The notes beneath the pieces were generated by a model that saw only the letters and a program-made list of their open reading frames with translations, did not search any database and was not told where the DNA came from. The position numbers and the translations under genes are program-made. Positions 1-8,522 of a stretch of DNA of 39,289 bases are shown here, one piece after another. Position 1 is the stretch's first letter. Each line of letters opens with the position of its first letter. Source of the DNA: a virus (lineage: Duplodnaviria; Caudoviricetes); IMG/VR virus record IMGVR_UViG_3300033067_001593, positions 1-39,289 of that record; one strand, 5' to 3'.

Positions 1-254
1 GCTTGGCCTTGTTTCATGCCTTTCACCGCGGCGTAGAGCGAGATCAGATCGCCGCCCTTGTCGGTGCCAGCGAAGTCGGCCCACCGTCCGTTTTTGAGGT
101 TGACCTTTAAGGACTCGCCTGCGCCGCCGCGGAGATCCCCGCAGCAATACTCGCCCGCGATGTTTTTGCCGCCGGGAAGCCACTCTTGAAGCAGCCCTTC
201 TGCCCGGTCGAGCAAAGCAGCAGCGAGCCCGGTGAAATCGAGATTGTTTTGCAA
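1..254 (-). CDS. N-terminal part of the Toprim/VirE primase-helicase (continues at 39289)
   Basis: TTG at 254 follows AGGAG. Reads MQNNLDFTGLAAALLDRAEGLLQEWLPGGK...WADFAGTDKGGDLISLYAAVKGMKQGQA with no stop. The 2 leftover nt complete a codon with base 39289. Confidence 0.88.
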   Translation of the reverse strand, partial: MQNNLDFTGLAAALLDRAEGLLQEWLPGGKNIAGEYCCGDLRGGAGESLKVNLKNGRWADFAGTDKGGDLISLYAAVKGMKQGQ

Positions 255-263
255 GGTGCTCCT

Positions 264-674
264 CTACTTGAATGAATTAAGATCGTTGACGACTTCTTCT
301 TCCGAATGAGAGATCAGAGCGATGCCGCCTGACATGCGGACGGCGCGCTGCCATGCGAGTTGTGCCCTGCTGGGCCTGCCGGAGCCGTCCTTGGCCTCGA
401 TGGAAGTAAAGACGGCCACAGGACGGCCCACCATGTCCGGCGTGATGGTGATGGTCTTCCAGCCGATCAGGTCGCCAGACCCCACATGGAGACCAGCGTG
501 GAGCGGGCGCGCCCCGCGGAGCAGGACATCCCCGGGAACCATGGTCACGACCCGGATGCCGTCCGGCTTAAATAGCTGACCGACCCACGCCACGGCCACA
601 TTGTTGCGGAGCACCCGGGCCCCGGCTGCGGAGGCGGCCACTTGGATGCGCTTGACGAGTGCGTTCCCACTCAT
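264..674 (-). CDS. VRR-NUC domain nuclease
   Basis: GSGDLIG...SIEAK...QLAW...GG PD-(D/E)xK pattern; lies between helicase and primase. Confidence 0.85.
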   Translation of the reverse strand: MSGNALVKRIQVAASAAGARVLRNNVAVAWVGQLFKPDGIRVVTMVPGDVLLRGARPLHAGLHVGSGDLIGWKTITITPDMVGRPVAVFTSIEAKDGSGRPSRAQLAWQRAVRMSGGIALISHSEEEVVNDLNSFK

Positions 675-826
675 TGTGTCTTGGTGATGTTGTAGTTCCT
701 GCCGATGGTTCGGCGCACGATGAAGTTCAAAACTTCCAAGCGCGTCTCGAAACAGAGGTTCGCCTTATCAATCAGTTTTACCACATCTACAAGCAGCACG
801 ATGTCATTTAAGTAATTTGGGATCAT
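671..826 (-). CDS. Small hypothetical protein (51 aa, MIPNYLNDIV...)
   Basis: Translated by hand. Fills the gap between helicase and VRR-NUC; its stop overlaps the next ATG (ATGA). Confidence 0.5.
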   Translation of the reverse strand: MIPNYLNDIVLLVDVVKLIDKANLCFETRLEVLNFIVRRTIGRNYNITKTQ

Positions 827-831
827 CCTTT

Positions 832-2238
832 TCATGCGAACCTCCCCTCTGCGAGTTTCTTGGCCTGCCGCGCTTGGAACACATTGTGCGCCCAGCGTTC
901 AGGAAATTTATAGTTCCGGGCCCGCCCCACGGCGATCAGATCTTCCAAGGTCTTCGCCATGCCCTGCTCTTGGTTCCGCATCCGGCGCAGCTGCTCGGCG
1001 TTGACCTCTTGAAGTTCTCCATCCTCTTTGTCAATTTCACGGCCCGCTCCGGCAGGCGCGGCGAACGAGAACCCGCAAAAGGAGCAGCGGGCCGCTCCGA
1101 GGAACATGGCGGCAAAACAGGTCGGACAGATCCGCACCTTCCGGCCCTCGTCTTCCCCGCGCTTCTTCTTGGCGCGGCCTTCGAGTGACCATTCCCGCGG
1201 CTCGTCCAGCAGCCCGTGACGCTGGCAGTTCCCCACATGGTCGAGTATGATGGCCTCGGTCTTGCCTTCCATGGGCCGGAGGGCGCGCCCGCACTGCTGC
1301 AAGTAAACGCCCAGCGACTTGGTGGGCCGCAGGAGGATGGCGCACTCGATGGCCGGGACATCGAAACCCTCGCCGAACAGATCCACATTGGAGAGCACCT
1401 TGATCTCTCCGATGGAAAACATTTTGATGGCGTGGTCGCGCTGCTCGGCGGGGGTGTCACCGTCCACATGCTCGGCAGGGACGCCTGCGGAGTTGAACTG
1501 CTCAACGAGGTGCCGGGAGTGCTGGATGGACACGCAGAACGCCACCGCGCGGCGACCGTAGGCGTATTTCATGTAGTGGGCCACGGCGTCCCCGGTGATC
1601 TTGGGCTTGTCCACGACCGCGGCCAGTTCGGATTTCATGTAGTCGCCCATCTGGGTGTGCACGCCTTCGAGGTTGACCGTGGCCGGGGCGTAGAGGCGGT
1701 AGGGAGAGAGGAACCCGTCATGGATCAGCTGCTCGACCGATGGCCCGTTGACCATGGCCTTGAAGAACTGGCCGAGGCCGCGCCCGTCCAACCGTTCCGG
1801 GGTCGCGGTGAGGCCGATGTGGTAGGCCCCGGAGAACTTCTCATGGAGTGAGGCCCACGACTTCGCGGCGATGTGGTGGCACTCGTCCCAGACGATCAGC
1901 TTGGGCGCGGGGAACCGTCCAACCCTCTTGATAAGGGTCTGGATGCTGGCGATCTGGATCTTGAAGCCCTTGGATTCTGGGAACCCGGATGAAATGATCC
2001 CGGCCTCTATTCCTATATTATGGAAGGCCCGGATGGACTGCTTGATGAGTTCGCGGCGGTGGACGGTGAACCAGCAGGAGAGTCCCTTCTTCGCGGCGGT
2101 GGCGAGCATGTGAGAGGCCAGCGCGGTCTTGCCGCCACCCGTCGGCAGCTGGAAAAGCACCGAGTGAGTCCCGCCGTGCATGACGGCGCGGATCTGCTCG
2201 ATGCAGTCCGTCTGATATTTTCGCAGCTGGAAATTCAC
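832..2238 (-). CDS. SF2 DEAD/DEAH-box helicase with C-terminal Zn ribbon
   Basis: LRKYQ Q-motif, PTGGGKT, DECH, TAT, QQCGRALR, CPTC...CSFC. Confidence 0.95.
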   Translation of the reverse strand: MNFQLRKYQTDCIEQIRAVMHGGTHSVLFQLPTGGGKTALASHMLATAAKKGLSCWFTVHRRELIKQSIRAFHNIGIEAGIISSGFPESKGFKIQIASIQTLIKRVGRFPAPKLIVWDECHHIAAKSWASLHEKFSGAYHIGLTATPERLDGRGLGQFFKAMVNGPSVEQLIHDGFLSPYRLYAPATVNLEGVHTQMGDYMKSELAAVVDKPKITGDAVAHYMKYAYGRRAVAFCVSIQHSRHLVEQFNSAGVPAEHVDGDTPAEQRDHAIKMFSIGEIKVLSNVDLFGEGFDVPAIECAILLRPTKSLGVYLQQCGRALRPMEGKTEAIILDHVGNCQRHGLLDEPREWSLEGRAKKKRGEDEGRKVRICPTCFAAMFLGAARCSFCGFSFAAPAGAGREIDKEDGELQEVNAEQLRRMRNQEQGMAKTLEDLIAVGRARNYKFPERWAHNVFQARQAKKLAEGRFA

Positions 2239-2636
2239 AAGTTTTCAGTTCCGTTCCGCACGATCTTGGCGTTGCCGTTCTTTTTGACTTGTAACGGCAC
2301 CCCCCCCCATATCCTCGCCACAGAATCGTCGTTGACTTCGAGCGCACCGCCTTGCGCGGAGAGTTCAAGGAACTCGATGTGCGGCTGGCTTCTTCCGAAA
2401 ACTTTGACGCAGAGCGCGTCGCATTTCATCCGGCCCATGACGAAGGCGTCGGAGTTGTGCAGTTCGACTTCGGCTTTTCCGTTCTCGGCGTAAACGAACG
2501 CGCTGTCACCCTTCACGATCAGCTTACTGTCGGGATTTCTCATGAAGCAGCGCACCCATCCGCTCACGACGACAGGGACATTGTTCTTGTCGAGGACTTC
2601 CTGCGCTTCTTCCGATGTGGTGACTTCCTTTTCCAT
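2235..2636 (-). CDS. Hypothetical protein
   Basis: AGGAGG RBS; stop overlaps the helicase start. Confidence 0.7.
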   Translation of the reverse strand: MEKEVTTSEEAQEVLDKNNVPVVVSGWVRCFMRNPDSKLIVKGDSAFVYAENGKAEVELHNSDAFVMGRMKCDALCVKVFGRSQPHIEFLELSAQGGALEVNDDSVARIWGGVPLQVKKNGNAKIVRNGTENL

Positions 2637-2645
2637 GTGCGCCTC

Positions 2646-2858
2646 CTATTTATATTCGCCGCCGAGGATGAGATTGTCGAGAGTGACCGTTTTTTTTCTC
2701 GCCTTCGCCCGTCGCTGGATGCGCTTGAACATCCCGAGCGGAACGCGCTTTACCTTGCGCCAGCCGGAGATAGCGGAAGGCGTGCGCTCGACCTCGCGGG
2801 CCGTCGCTCGAACGCCTCCGAAAATCTTGATGACATATTCTGCGGGGTTCAGGAACAT
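2646..2858 (-). CDS. Cro/YdaS-like HTH transcriptional regulator
   Basis: VIKIFGGVRATAREVERTPSAISGWRK HTH; first gene of the divergent operon. ATG 2858 preferred because it lies just downstream of the promoter. Confidence 0.8.
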   Translation of the reverse strand: MFLNPAEYVIKIFGGVRATAREVERTPSAISGWRKVKRVPLGMFKRIQRRAKARKKTVTLDNLILGGEYK

Positions 2859-2864
2859 GCGTAG

Positions 2865-2894
2865 ATATTGCCAAAATATGAACATCTTTGTCAA
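2865..2894 (-). promoter_or_regulatory. Leftward sigma70-type promoter
   Basis: TTGACA (2894-2889), 18 nt spacer, TGG-CAATAT as a weak extended -10. Confidence 0.55.
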
Positions 2895-2966
2895 TCGTTT
2901 CTATAAACTTCTCGTCGGTAAAAATGCGATATGTATTTTTTGTGAAGAAAAACTTTACAGATATAC

Positions 2967-2995
2967 TTGACACCATTTTGGCTATTTGTTACCCT
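2967..2995 (+). promoter_or_regulatory. Rightward sigma70-type promoter
   Basis: TTGACA, 17 nt spacer, TACCCT preceded by TG (extended -10); A-tract upstream. Confidence 0.7.
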
Positions 2996-3034
2996 ATGCA
3001 CTATCAGAAGCACAACGACGCACAGTGAGGCGAT

Positions 3035-3220
3035 ATGAGCGAAAAGAAAATGAAGGCGATCAGGAAGGCGTGCCGGGAACGGATCGGCAGCACGGGCCAA
3101 GACCCCGACAAGCGCAAATATATCTTGCACACGCATCCGAACAAAAATCGGCAGCTTTTCAACGACCCCAAAGGGCCGCGCGCATATTATAAGAGAATGA
3201 AGAAAAAGGCAGCGCGGTGA
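3035..3220 (+). CDS. Small basic hypothetical protein
   Basis: GAGG RBS; first ORF after the rightward promoter. Confidence 0.55.
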   Translation: MSEKKMKAIRKACRERIGSTGQDPDKRKYILHTHPNKNRQLFNDPKGPRAYYKRMKKKAAR

Positions 3221-3416
3221 AAACTGGACGGCAGCGGCGGTATCGTCGCTTGGGCTCGCCCCTGACACGGTTGAGCAGAATGATGATGTCAGTGTGGAAG
3301 ATGGAATATCCAAAGAGCGGACTGCTGCGGATGTTTTCGCACAGCAAGCACACTAAAAGAAAGCTATCTCGTGGATATATTAAAGACCGACTTTTGACAG
3401 GAAGTGTCATTTCAAT

Positions 3417-3610
3417 AGGTGGTGCGGGAAAACCCGCGGAAGGTTGAGACTCGTTCGGTTGTGGATTCGGGGCGGCTACGCGCGGCCCCGCCCACATGAG
3501 CACTTGCAGGCGGCGCGGAAGTGTCGGAGCGTGGTAACGCTGCTGTCCCGGCATGATGAGGCCAAGAGCATTTAGGACGATCATCTGGACTGATGAGTGC
3601 CGCACCACCT
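3417..3610 (+). ncRNA. Candidate structured RNA upstream of yqaJ
   Basis: Perfect 11-bp closing stem AGGTGGTGCGG (3417-3427) / CCGCACCACCT (3600-3610) enclosing several hairpins. Confidence 0.4.
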
Positions 3611-3635
3611 CACTTTAATAAAGGAGACCAAAGAC

Positions 3636-4670
3636 ATGAACATGGGCGACCGTGAAATACTGATGCCGGAAACCAAGGAAGACTGGCTCAAGCTGCGCGC
3701 GCAGGACATCACCAGCACGGAGGTTTCCGCGCTATTCGGGGCGTCTCCTTATATGACGCTCTTTGAACTCTGGCACCGTAAGAAGAACGCGGAGGTCGTG
3801 ACGCTCGATGAGAACGAGCGCATGAAGTGGGGAACCCGCTTGCAGAAGGCCATCGCGGAAGGCATCGCTGCCGACCACGGCTGGAAGGTTTCGCCCATGG
3901 ATGAATACATGCGGATGCCGAAACTGCGGATGGGTTCCAGCTTCGACTTCAACCTGCTGATCCCCGAACTCGGGCAGGACGGTCTCCTCGAAATCAAGAA
4001 TGTGGACGCCCTCGTCTTCAAAGAAGGATGGGCCGAAACCGATGGTGGCCTCGAAGCCCCGCCGCACATCGAGTTTCAGGTGCAGCACCAGTTGGCCGTC
4101 TCGGGCCGTCCTTACGCCCGGATCGGCGCGCTGGTCGGCGGGAACCGCGTTGTCATCATCGAGCGCAAGGCCGAGCCCGCCATCATCGAGGCCATCTACG
4201 AGAAGGTGCGGAACTTTTGGGCCAGCATCGAGAAGGGCGACGCCCCGGTGCCAGACTTCTCGCGGGACTCCGAGACCATCGCGCGGCTCTACGGTTACGC
4301 GGAGCCCGGGAAGGTGCTCAACCTCATGGATGACCGAACCTGCCTCTGCGGGTGCGTTCTGGACGGCCACACCATGACGGGCTGCACGGTTCACCCGTCG
4401 TGCACTGGCTTCTCTGGCCGCGACGAGCGGATCTCCGACCTCATGGAGAAATATGTGAAGGAGCGCGATGCCGAGTCCGAGGCCGAGACGCGGAAGAAGG
4501 CGATCAAGGCCGAAGTCCTGACGCTGATCGGCGACGCAGAGAAGGTCTCGCACAGCTGGTTCAGCATTGACGCCGGAATCCGCGGCGAGGTCATCGTGCC
4601 GGAATACACGCGCAAGGCCTACCGCAACTTCATGCCGCGGTTCAAGAAAAAGAAGGAAGCATCGGAATAA
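3636..4670 (+). CDS. YqaJ-like viral recombinase exonuclease
   Basis: WLKLR..DITSTEV, WGTRLQ, SFDF, LEIKN, QVQHQL; AAGGAG RBS before ATG 3636; upstream of RecT. Confidence 0.92.
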   Translation: MNMGDREILMPETKEDWLKLRAQDITSTEVSALFGASPYMTLFELWHRKKNAEVVTLDENERMKWGTRLQKAIAEGIAADHGWKVSPMDEYMRMPKLRMGSSFDFNLLIPELGQDGLLEIKNVDALVFKEGWAETDGGLEAPPHIEFQVQHQLAVSGRPYARIGALVGGNRVVIIERKAEPAIIEAIYEKVRNFWASIEKGDAPVPDFSRDSETIARLYGYAEPGKVLNLMDDRTCLCGCVLDGHTMTGCTVHPSCTGFSGRDERISDLMEKYVKERDAESEAETRKKAIKAEVLTLIGDAEKVSHSWFSIDAGIRGEVIVPEYTRKAYRNFMPRFKKKKEASE

Positions 4671-4672
4671 TT

Positions 4673-4825
4673 TTCCGCTGGACGGTTGCTCGAACATGAA
4701 CCGCGGTGGAAGTGGCGATGGTAGGCCCGGTTGCAGGGCCGAAAGATGCGTGTTGTGCAACCCGCACCTTTCGCGGCGCGCTGGCCGAACTAGACGGTCA
4801 TCGGTCTGATCGAGAGGCGTCGCCA
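4673..4825 (+). ncRNA. Candidate multibranched structured RNA with kissing loop
   Basis: Stems 4713-4720/4818-4825, 4724-4728/4736-4740 and 4741-4750/4763-4772. Loop GGTTGCA is exactly complementary to TGCAACC in the next loop. Confidence 0.5.
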
Positions 4826-4862
4826 AAATTTCGTCTCAACTAAAAACAGGAGGAATTATAAA

Positions 4863-5060
4863 ATGAAAAAGCGTATCTACCGAGTGCAGTTCAACAGCAC
4901 TTCGCTGCTCGTTCGGGCGTCGAACAAGAACACGGCCATCCGGCATGTCGTCTCGCAGAACATTCAGGCCGATGTCGCCACGCAGGACGACCTCGTGAAG
5001 CTGACGGCTGCGGGCGTCGAGGTTCAGGAAGCGGTCAGCACCCGCGCGGCGGCGAAATAA
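4863..5060 (+). CDS. Small phage hypothetical protein
   Basis: AGGAGG RBS; 65 aa. Confidence 0.8.
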   Translation: MKKRIYRVQFNSTSLLVRASNKNTAIRHVVSQNIQADVATQDDLVKLTAAGVEVQEAVSTRAAAK

Positions 5061-5063
5061 GCC

Positions 5064-5981
5064 ATGGCGAACCAGCAGCCCCCCGCGCAGTCTCCGAAGG
5101 CCCCAGCAGCAGCCACCACGCCCGCGGCTCCGGCTCTCACGCCGCTTGAGGCCTTCAAGAAAACCCTCGACACCCTCCGCGATGACTTTGCAAAGGTCAT
5201 CACCGACCCCAAGCAGCTGGACAGGTTCGTCCTGACCGTCTGCACGGCTGTCGGAAAGAACCCGGATCTCCTGAACGCCGACCGCCCCTCGCTCTATTCG
5301 GCGTGCATGGACGCGGCGCAGGATGGTCTGATCCCCGACGGTCGGGAGGCCGTCCTCAACATCTACAACACGAATGTCGGCACCAAGGACGCGCCCAAGT
5401 GGGTCAAGTCCGTGAAATACATGCCGATGGTTTACGGCATCTTGAAGAAGGTGCGGAACTCGGGGGAACTGTTCGTCATTGATGCCGTCGTCGTCTATAA
5501 AAATGACGAATACGAGGCATGGGTGGACGAGCAGGGCCAGCACTTCAAGCACAAGCGCGCCAAGGCCGACCGCGGCGAACCGATCCTCACCTTCGCCTAC
5601 GCCGTCACCAAGGACAAGGCCCTCTACTTCGAGGAAATGGATGAGTCCCAGACCGAGGCCGTGCGGAAGGTCAGCAAGTCCGCGGAAAAAGGCCCGTGGG
5701 CCAGCGACTTCAAGGACGAAATGCGCCGGAAGTCGGTGCTGCGCCGCCTCTCCAAGCGTCTGCCGATGTCCTCCGACCTCGAAAATGTCATGGGCCGGAT
5801 TGACGCGGCCTTCGACTTCGACAACCCCGAGAAGAAAGAGACGCCCCAGCCCAAGCCGTCCCGGGCGCAGAAGATCGTGGAGTCCCAGCAACCGAAAGCA
5901 GCAGCGGCCCCTGCCGAACCGCAGGCCACGCCGCCGCAGACCCAGCAGGCACCCGCAGCGGAGGAGGAGCCGCCACTCTGA
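5064..5981 (+). CDS. recT: RecT family single-strand annealing recombinase
   Basis: AAQDGLIPDGRE, VVYKNDEY, GPW..DF.EMRRKSVLRRLSKRLP; Pro/Gln-rich tail; paired with YqaJ. Confidence 0.92.
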   Translation: MANQQPPAQSPKAPAAATTPAAPALTPLEAFKKTLDTLRDDFAKVITDPKQLDRFVLTVCTAVGKNPDLLNADRPSLYSACMDAAQDGLIPDGREAVLNIYNTNVGTKDAPKWVKSVKYMPMVYGILKKVRNSGELFVIDAVVVYKNDEYEAWVDEQGQHFKHKRAKADRGEPILTFAYAVTKDKALYFEEMDESQTEAVRKVSKSAEKGPWASDFKDEMRRKSVLRRLSKRLPMSSDLENVMGRIDAAFDFDNPEKKETPQPKPSRAQKIVESQQPKAAAAPAEPQATPPQTQQAPAAEEEPPL

Positions 5982-6259
5982 TGCCTGTCATCGCCAAGAC
6001 ATCCCCCAGAGAGGAAGATCTCCTCACCACCGCGCAGCTTTCCTCGCGGTGGCGGGGGGTCGTCAAGGCGCAGACGCTTGAAAACTGGCGGTCGGCCAAG
6101 AGAGGGCCGACCTACATCAAAGTCGGGCGGTCAGTGCTCTACCGCCTCTCTGATGTTCTGGACTACGAACGGTCACACACCATCCAAAGGGGAAAAAATG
6201 CGAAAATCAACGGAGCGGTTTATCCAACTGTGCCGAAACGCAGAGGGCGGGGCAAGTGA
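5981..6259 (+). CDS. Excisionase/AlpA-like HTH DNA-binding protein
   Basis: LLTTAQLSSRW...TLENWRSAKRGPTYIKVGRSVLYRLSDV. Confidence 0.85.
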   Translation: MPVIAKTSPREEDLLTTAQLSSRWRGVVKAQTLENWRSAKRGPTYIKVGRSVLYRLSDVLDYERSHTIQRGKNAKINGAVYPTVPKRRGRGK

Positions 6260-6632
6260 GGTCGCAAGGAAACTCGGGATCGAGGTCAACTCTGTATATT
6301 GCCGCGCACGGTATCTTCGCACCGTCGGCGGCTACGACATCCCGAAGCTGCGCGAAGTAAGGCCCGTGGTCGTCAGCAGGCGCAGGAAGATACCACTCGC
6401 GCAGCTGCCGGACGGATCACTCAAGATCGGAAAAACGATTTGGTTGTGGGAAGACATTTTGAAAATCTGGGCTTGGTATGAACCCAAGCATTTCGAGTTC
6501 CTGAACCCGAGGTGGTGGTGGCAGATCCCGCAGCGTCTCTGCTATGTGCTGGGGCTTCACACGCCGGAGGAATGGTTCCAGCTGATGCTCGAAATTCCGA
6601 ACCCAAGCGACGAGGAGGAGTGCCATGTTTAA
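6198..6632 (+). CDS. HTH-containing hypothetical protein
   Basis: ASEVARKLGIEVNSVYCRA; ATG 6198 follows AAGGGG. Confidence 0.65.
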   Translation: MRKSTERFIQLCRNAEGGASEVARKLGIEVNSVYCRARYLRTVGGYDIPKLREVRPVVVSRRRKIPLAQLPDGSLKIGKTIWLWEDILKIWAWYEPKHFEFLNPRWWWQIPQRLCYVLGLHTPEEWFQLMLEIPNPSDEEECHV

Positions 6633-6870
6633 CATAGAAATTAACGAAATAAAAGAGGTGGAGTGCGGGCCAGCGGTGCAGTATCAAAAGATCGCTGACA
6701 AGGGCAACAAGAACGACGGCGGCGCGATCTACGATTATGTGCAAATCCCCGGATCGGTGAAAAAAGAAAAGGTCACCAGAATGATTCTCATGCAATCCGT
6801 GGATCATCTGGACATGAACGCCATCACCAAGGCGATCAATTCGATCTACGAGCCGCCGAAACAAGCATGA
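6625..6870 (+). CDS. Hypothetical protein
   Basis: GGAG RBS; coupled ORF in the operon. Confidence 0.7.
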   Translation: MFNIEINEIKEVECGPAVQYQKIADKGNKNDGGAIYDYVQIPGSVKKEKVTRMILMQSVDHLDMNAITKAINSIYEPPKQA

Positions 6871-7229
6871 AGCTGCGAGCCCACATCCGACGGAACGGTT
6901 ACGACATGAACGCCTCGATCTTCTTGGTCGAGGAGCGTGGTGCCGATGAGGTTGGGTTCATTAACTTCGACGAGAAGGGCCAGATGGTCGTCCAAGTTAA
7001 GAAAATAAAAAACGGTGCCACGGAACTCGAAGGCATTAAGCCGACCTTTCAGCTGCACGAGCCCATCGCCCGAGCCCTCCTGATGGCCTTTGCCGAGGCA
7101 GCCAAGCAGGACGGAATCCAACCCGCCAGCGAGTCCGAAATTCGCGGCGAACTCAAGGCCACGAAATACCATCTTGAAGACATGCGGCAGATCCTTGCCA
7201 TCCAACCGGGGGTTAAATTCAAAAAATGA
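6867..7229 (+). CDS. Hypothetical protein
   Basis: ATGA overlap coupling; C-terminal ELKATKYHLEDMR motif. Confidence 0.75.
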   Translation: MKLRAHIRRNGYDMNASIFLVEERGADEVGFINFDEKGQMVVQVKKIKNGATELEGIKPTFQLHEPIARALLMAFAEAAKQDGIQPASESEIRGELKATKYHLEDMRQILAIQPGVKFKK

Positions 7230-7456
7230 AAAAGCACATCGTCGCGCTGTTCGTCGGGCTCGTCTGGGCCTTCAAGATATTCGCGGAGCCGCAGCCCGTC
7301 GCGGACTTCCTGAACACGCTGCCGCCCGAGGTGGCGCGGTCTGCCAAGGTCGTTCCGCTCGGGAAGTCCACGGTGGTGAACTTCGACACCAAGCAGACCC
7401 GGGAAGTCCAGCTGTTCGGAGTCTGGCACCTCACGCCGAAGGAAAAAAAGAAATGA
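7226..7456 (+). CDS. Small exported or membrane-anchored protein
   Basis: MKKHIVALFVGLVWAFKIFA signal-peptide-like N-terminus; ATGA overlap. Confidence 0.7.
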   Translation: MKKHIVALFVGLVWAFKIFAEPQPVADFLNTLPPEVARSAKVVPLGKSTVVNFDTKQTREVQLFGVWHLTPKEKKK

Positions 7457-7743
7457 ACCTGATCGAAGAAATCACCCTCACCTTTAACGAGGGAGAGAAC
7501 ATCGTCACGCAGCGAGCCCAGATCATCGCCATGGTGAACAGTCAGGCCGGGAAGACCTGCATGAAGCTGTGGGACGACACTTTCAAGGTCTTCATTTCTC
7601 CGCGCCCGTGGTGGTGCCCGGAGTTCCTGCGGCGGTGGCTGCTCTCGCAGCTGCTCCACCAAAACATCACCCGCCATCACCCGGAGAACATTCACGAACT
7701 GGTGGCGATGGAGATCCAGACCAAGGATAAAAAGAAACCATGA
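7453..7743 (+). CDS. Hypothetical protein (MNLIEEITL...)
   Basis: ATGA overlaps at both ends; 3' part of ORF 7090-7743. Confidence 0.65.
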   Translation: MNLIEEITLTFNEGENIVTQRAQIIAMVNSQAGKTCMKLWDDTFKVFISPRPWWCPEFLRRWLLSQLLHQNITRHHPENIHELVAMEIQTKDKKKP

Positions 7744-8039
7744 ACCCCGACCACATCCTCGTGACTTTTTTACTGGTGATGCTCTGGGTTCAGTGTGTTC
7801 TCGCTGTCTGGGTGGCGCGGGACAGAGATCGGGCGTATAGCGCGCTCCGGGCAATTTGCAGCGGACTCGCTGGCATCGGGATGATGTGCCGGGACACCCA
7901 GACGCTCGCCGCGCTCTCGGAGATTTTCAAGGAAGTGAACGAGGCATTGATCCACGCGCCTAAAAAGAAGGACGAGAAGAAGTCGCCGGAGAAGTTGGTG
8001 GCCGATCTCTTTAATAAGTTGGGAATCAAACAAAAGTAA
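7740..8039 (+). CDS. Membrane protein
   Basis: N-terminal hydrophobic segment ILVTFLLVMLWVQCVLAVWV. Confidence 0.7.
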   Translation: MNPDHILVTFLLVMLWVQCVLAVWVARDRDRAYSALRAICSGLAGIGMMCRDTQTLAALSEIFKEVNEALIHAPKKKDEKKSPEKLVADLFNKLGIKQK

Positions 8040-8138
8040 GGGAACCGTCCGGGGTAGCCGCCTCGCCTCGTTAGGATAACCCGAAGGGCCCCGAAGTTGG
8101 CGGTCTGATGAGGGGCACATTTTCAGAAGGAGGAACAC

Positions 8139-8522
8139 ATGAACAAAGAACAGGCCGTCGGAAAACTATTGGAAAGTCTCGCCGAGGTGATGGAGTGGGT
8201 GAAGGCCACCAAGACCTTCGTTCTCTCGCAGGCCCCGGACATCTGCCGTGAGATCGTGCTCTGGACGATCTGGAAAAACGGTCTCTATGCGGGCCTCCTC
8301 TGGGGACTCATCCTGTTCGGCACCGTTCTCATCTACCGATCCTATAAGAAATACGGAGTGGTCGCCTCCGACGGCGCGCCGCTGTTCATGCTTTATATCA
8401 TCGGGTTCATGTTGATCTGCATCCCGGGAATGGAGGCGTCCCAAGCTACGCTTAATATGGTGCAGGCCATCATTGCGCCGAAGCTGACGATCATCAATTA
8501 CATCACGGAGCGGCTGAAATAA
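8139..8522 (+). CDS. Two-TM membrane protein
   Basis: AAGGAGG RBS; two hydrophobic helices. Confidence 0.8.
   Translation: MNKEQAVGKLLESLAEVMEWVKATKTFVLSQAPDICREIVLWTIWKNGLYAGLLWGLILFGTVLIYRSYKKYGVVASDGAPLFMLYIIGFMLICIPGMEASQATLNMVQAIIAPKLTIINYITERLK

Noticed and set aside
3217-3447. 76-aa ORF after the first early gene
   Set aside because: Atypical composition, no motif, and it overlaps the structured element; not supported enough to call.
3590-3597. CTGATGAG hammerhead-like core (also at 8105-8112)
   Set aside because: I could not build stems I-III with a correctly placed GAAA and NUH cleavage triplet in any permutation.
3732-5891. Long - strand ORFs opposite yqaJ and recT
   Set aside because: Antisense shadows of well-supported genes.
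5981-6259. Evidence of an integration module
   Set aside because: Only a Xis-like HTH; no integrase or att-like site recognised.
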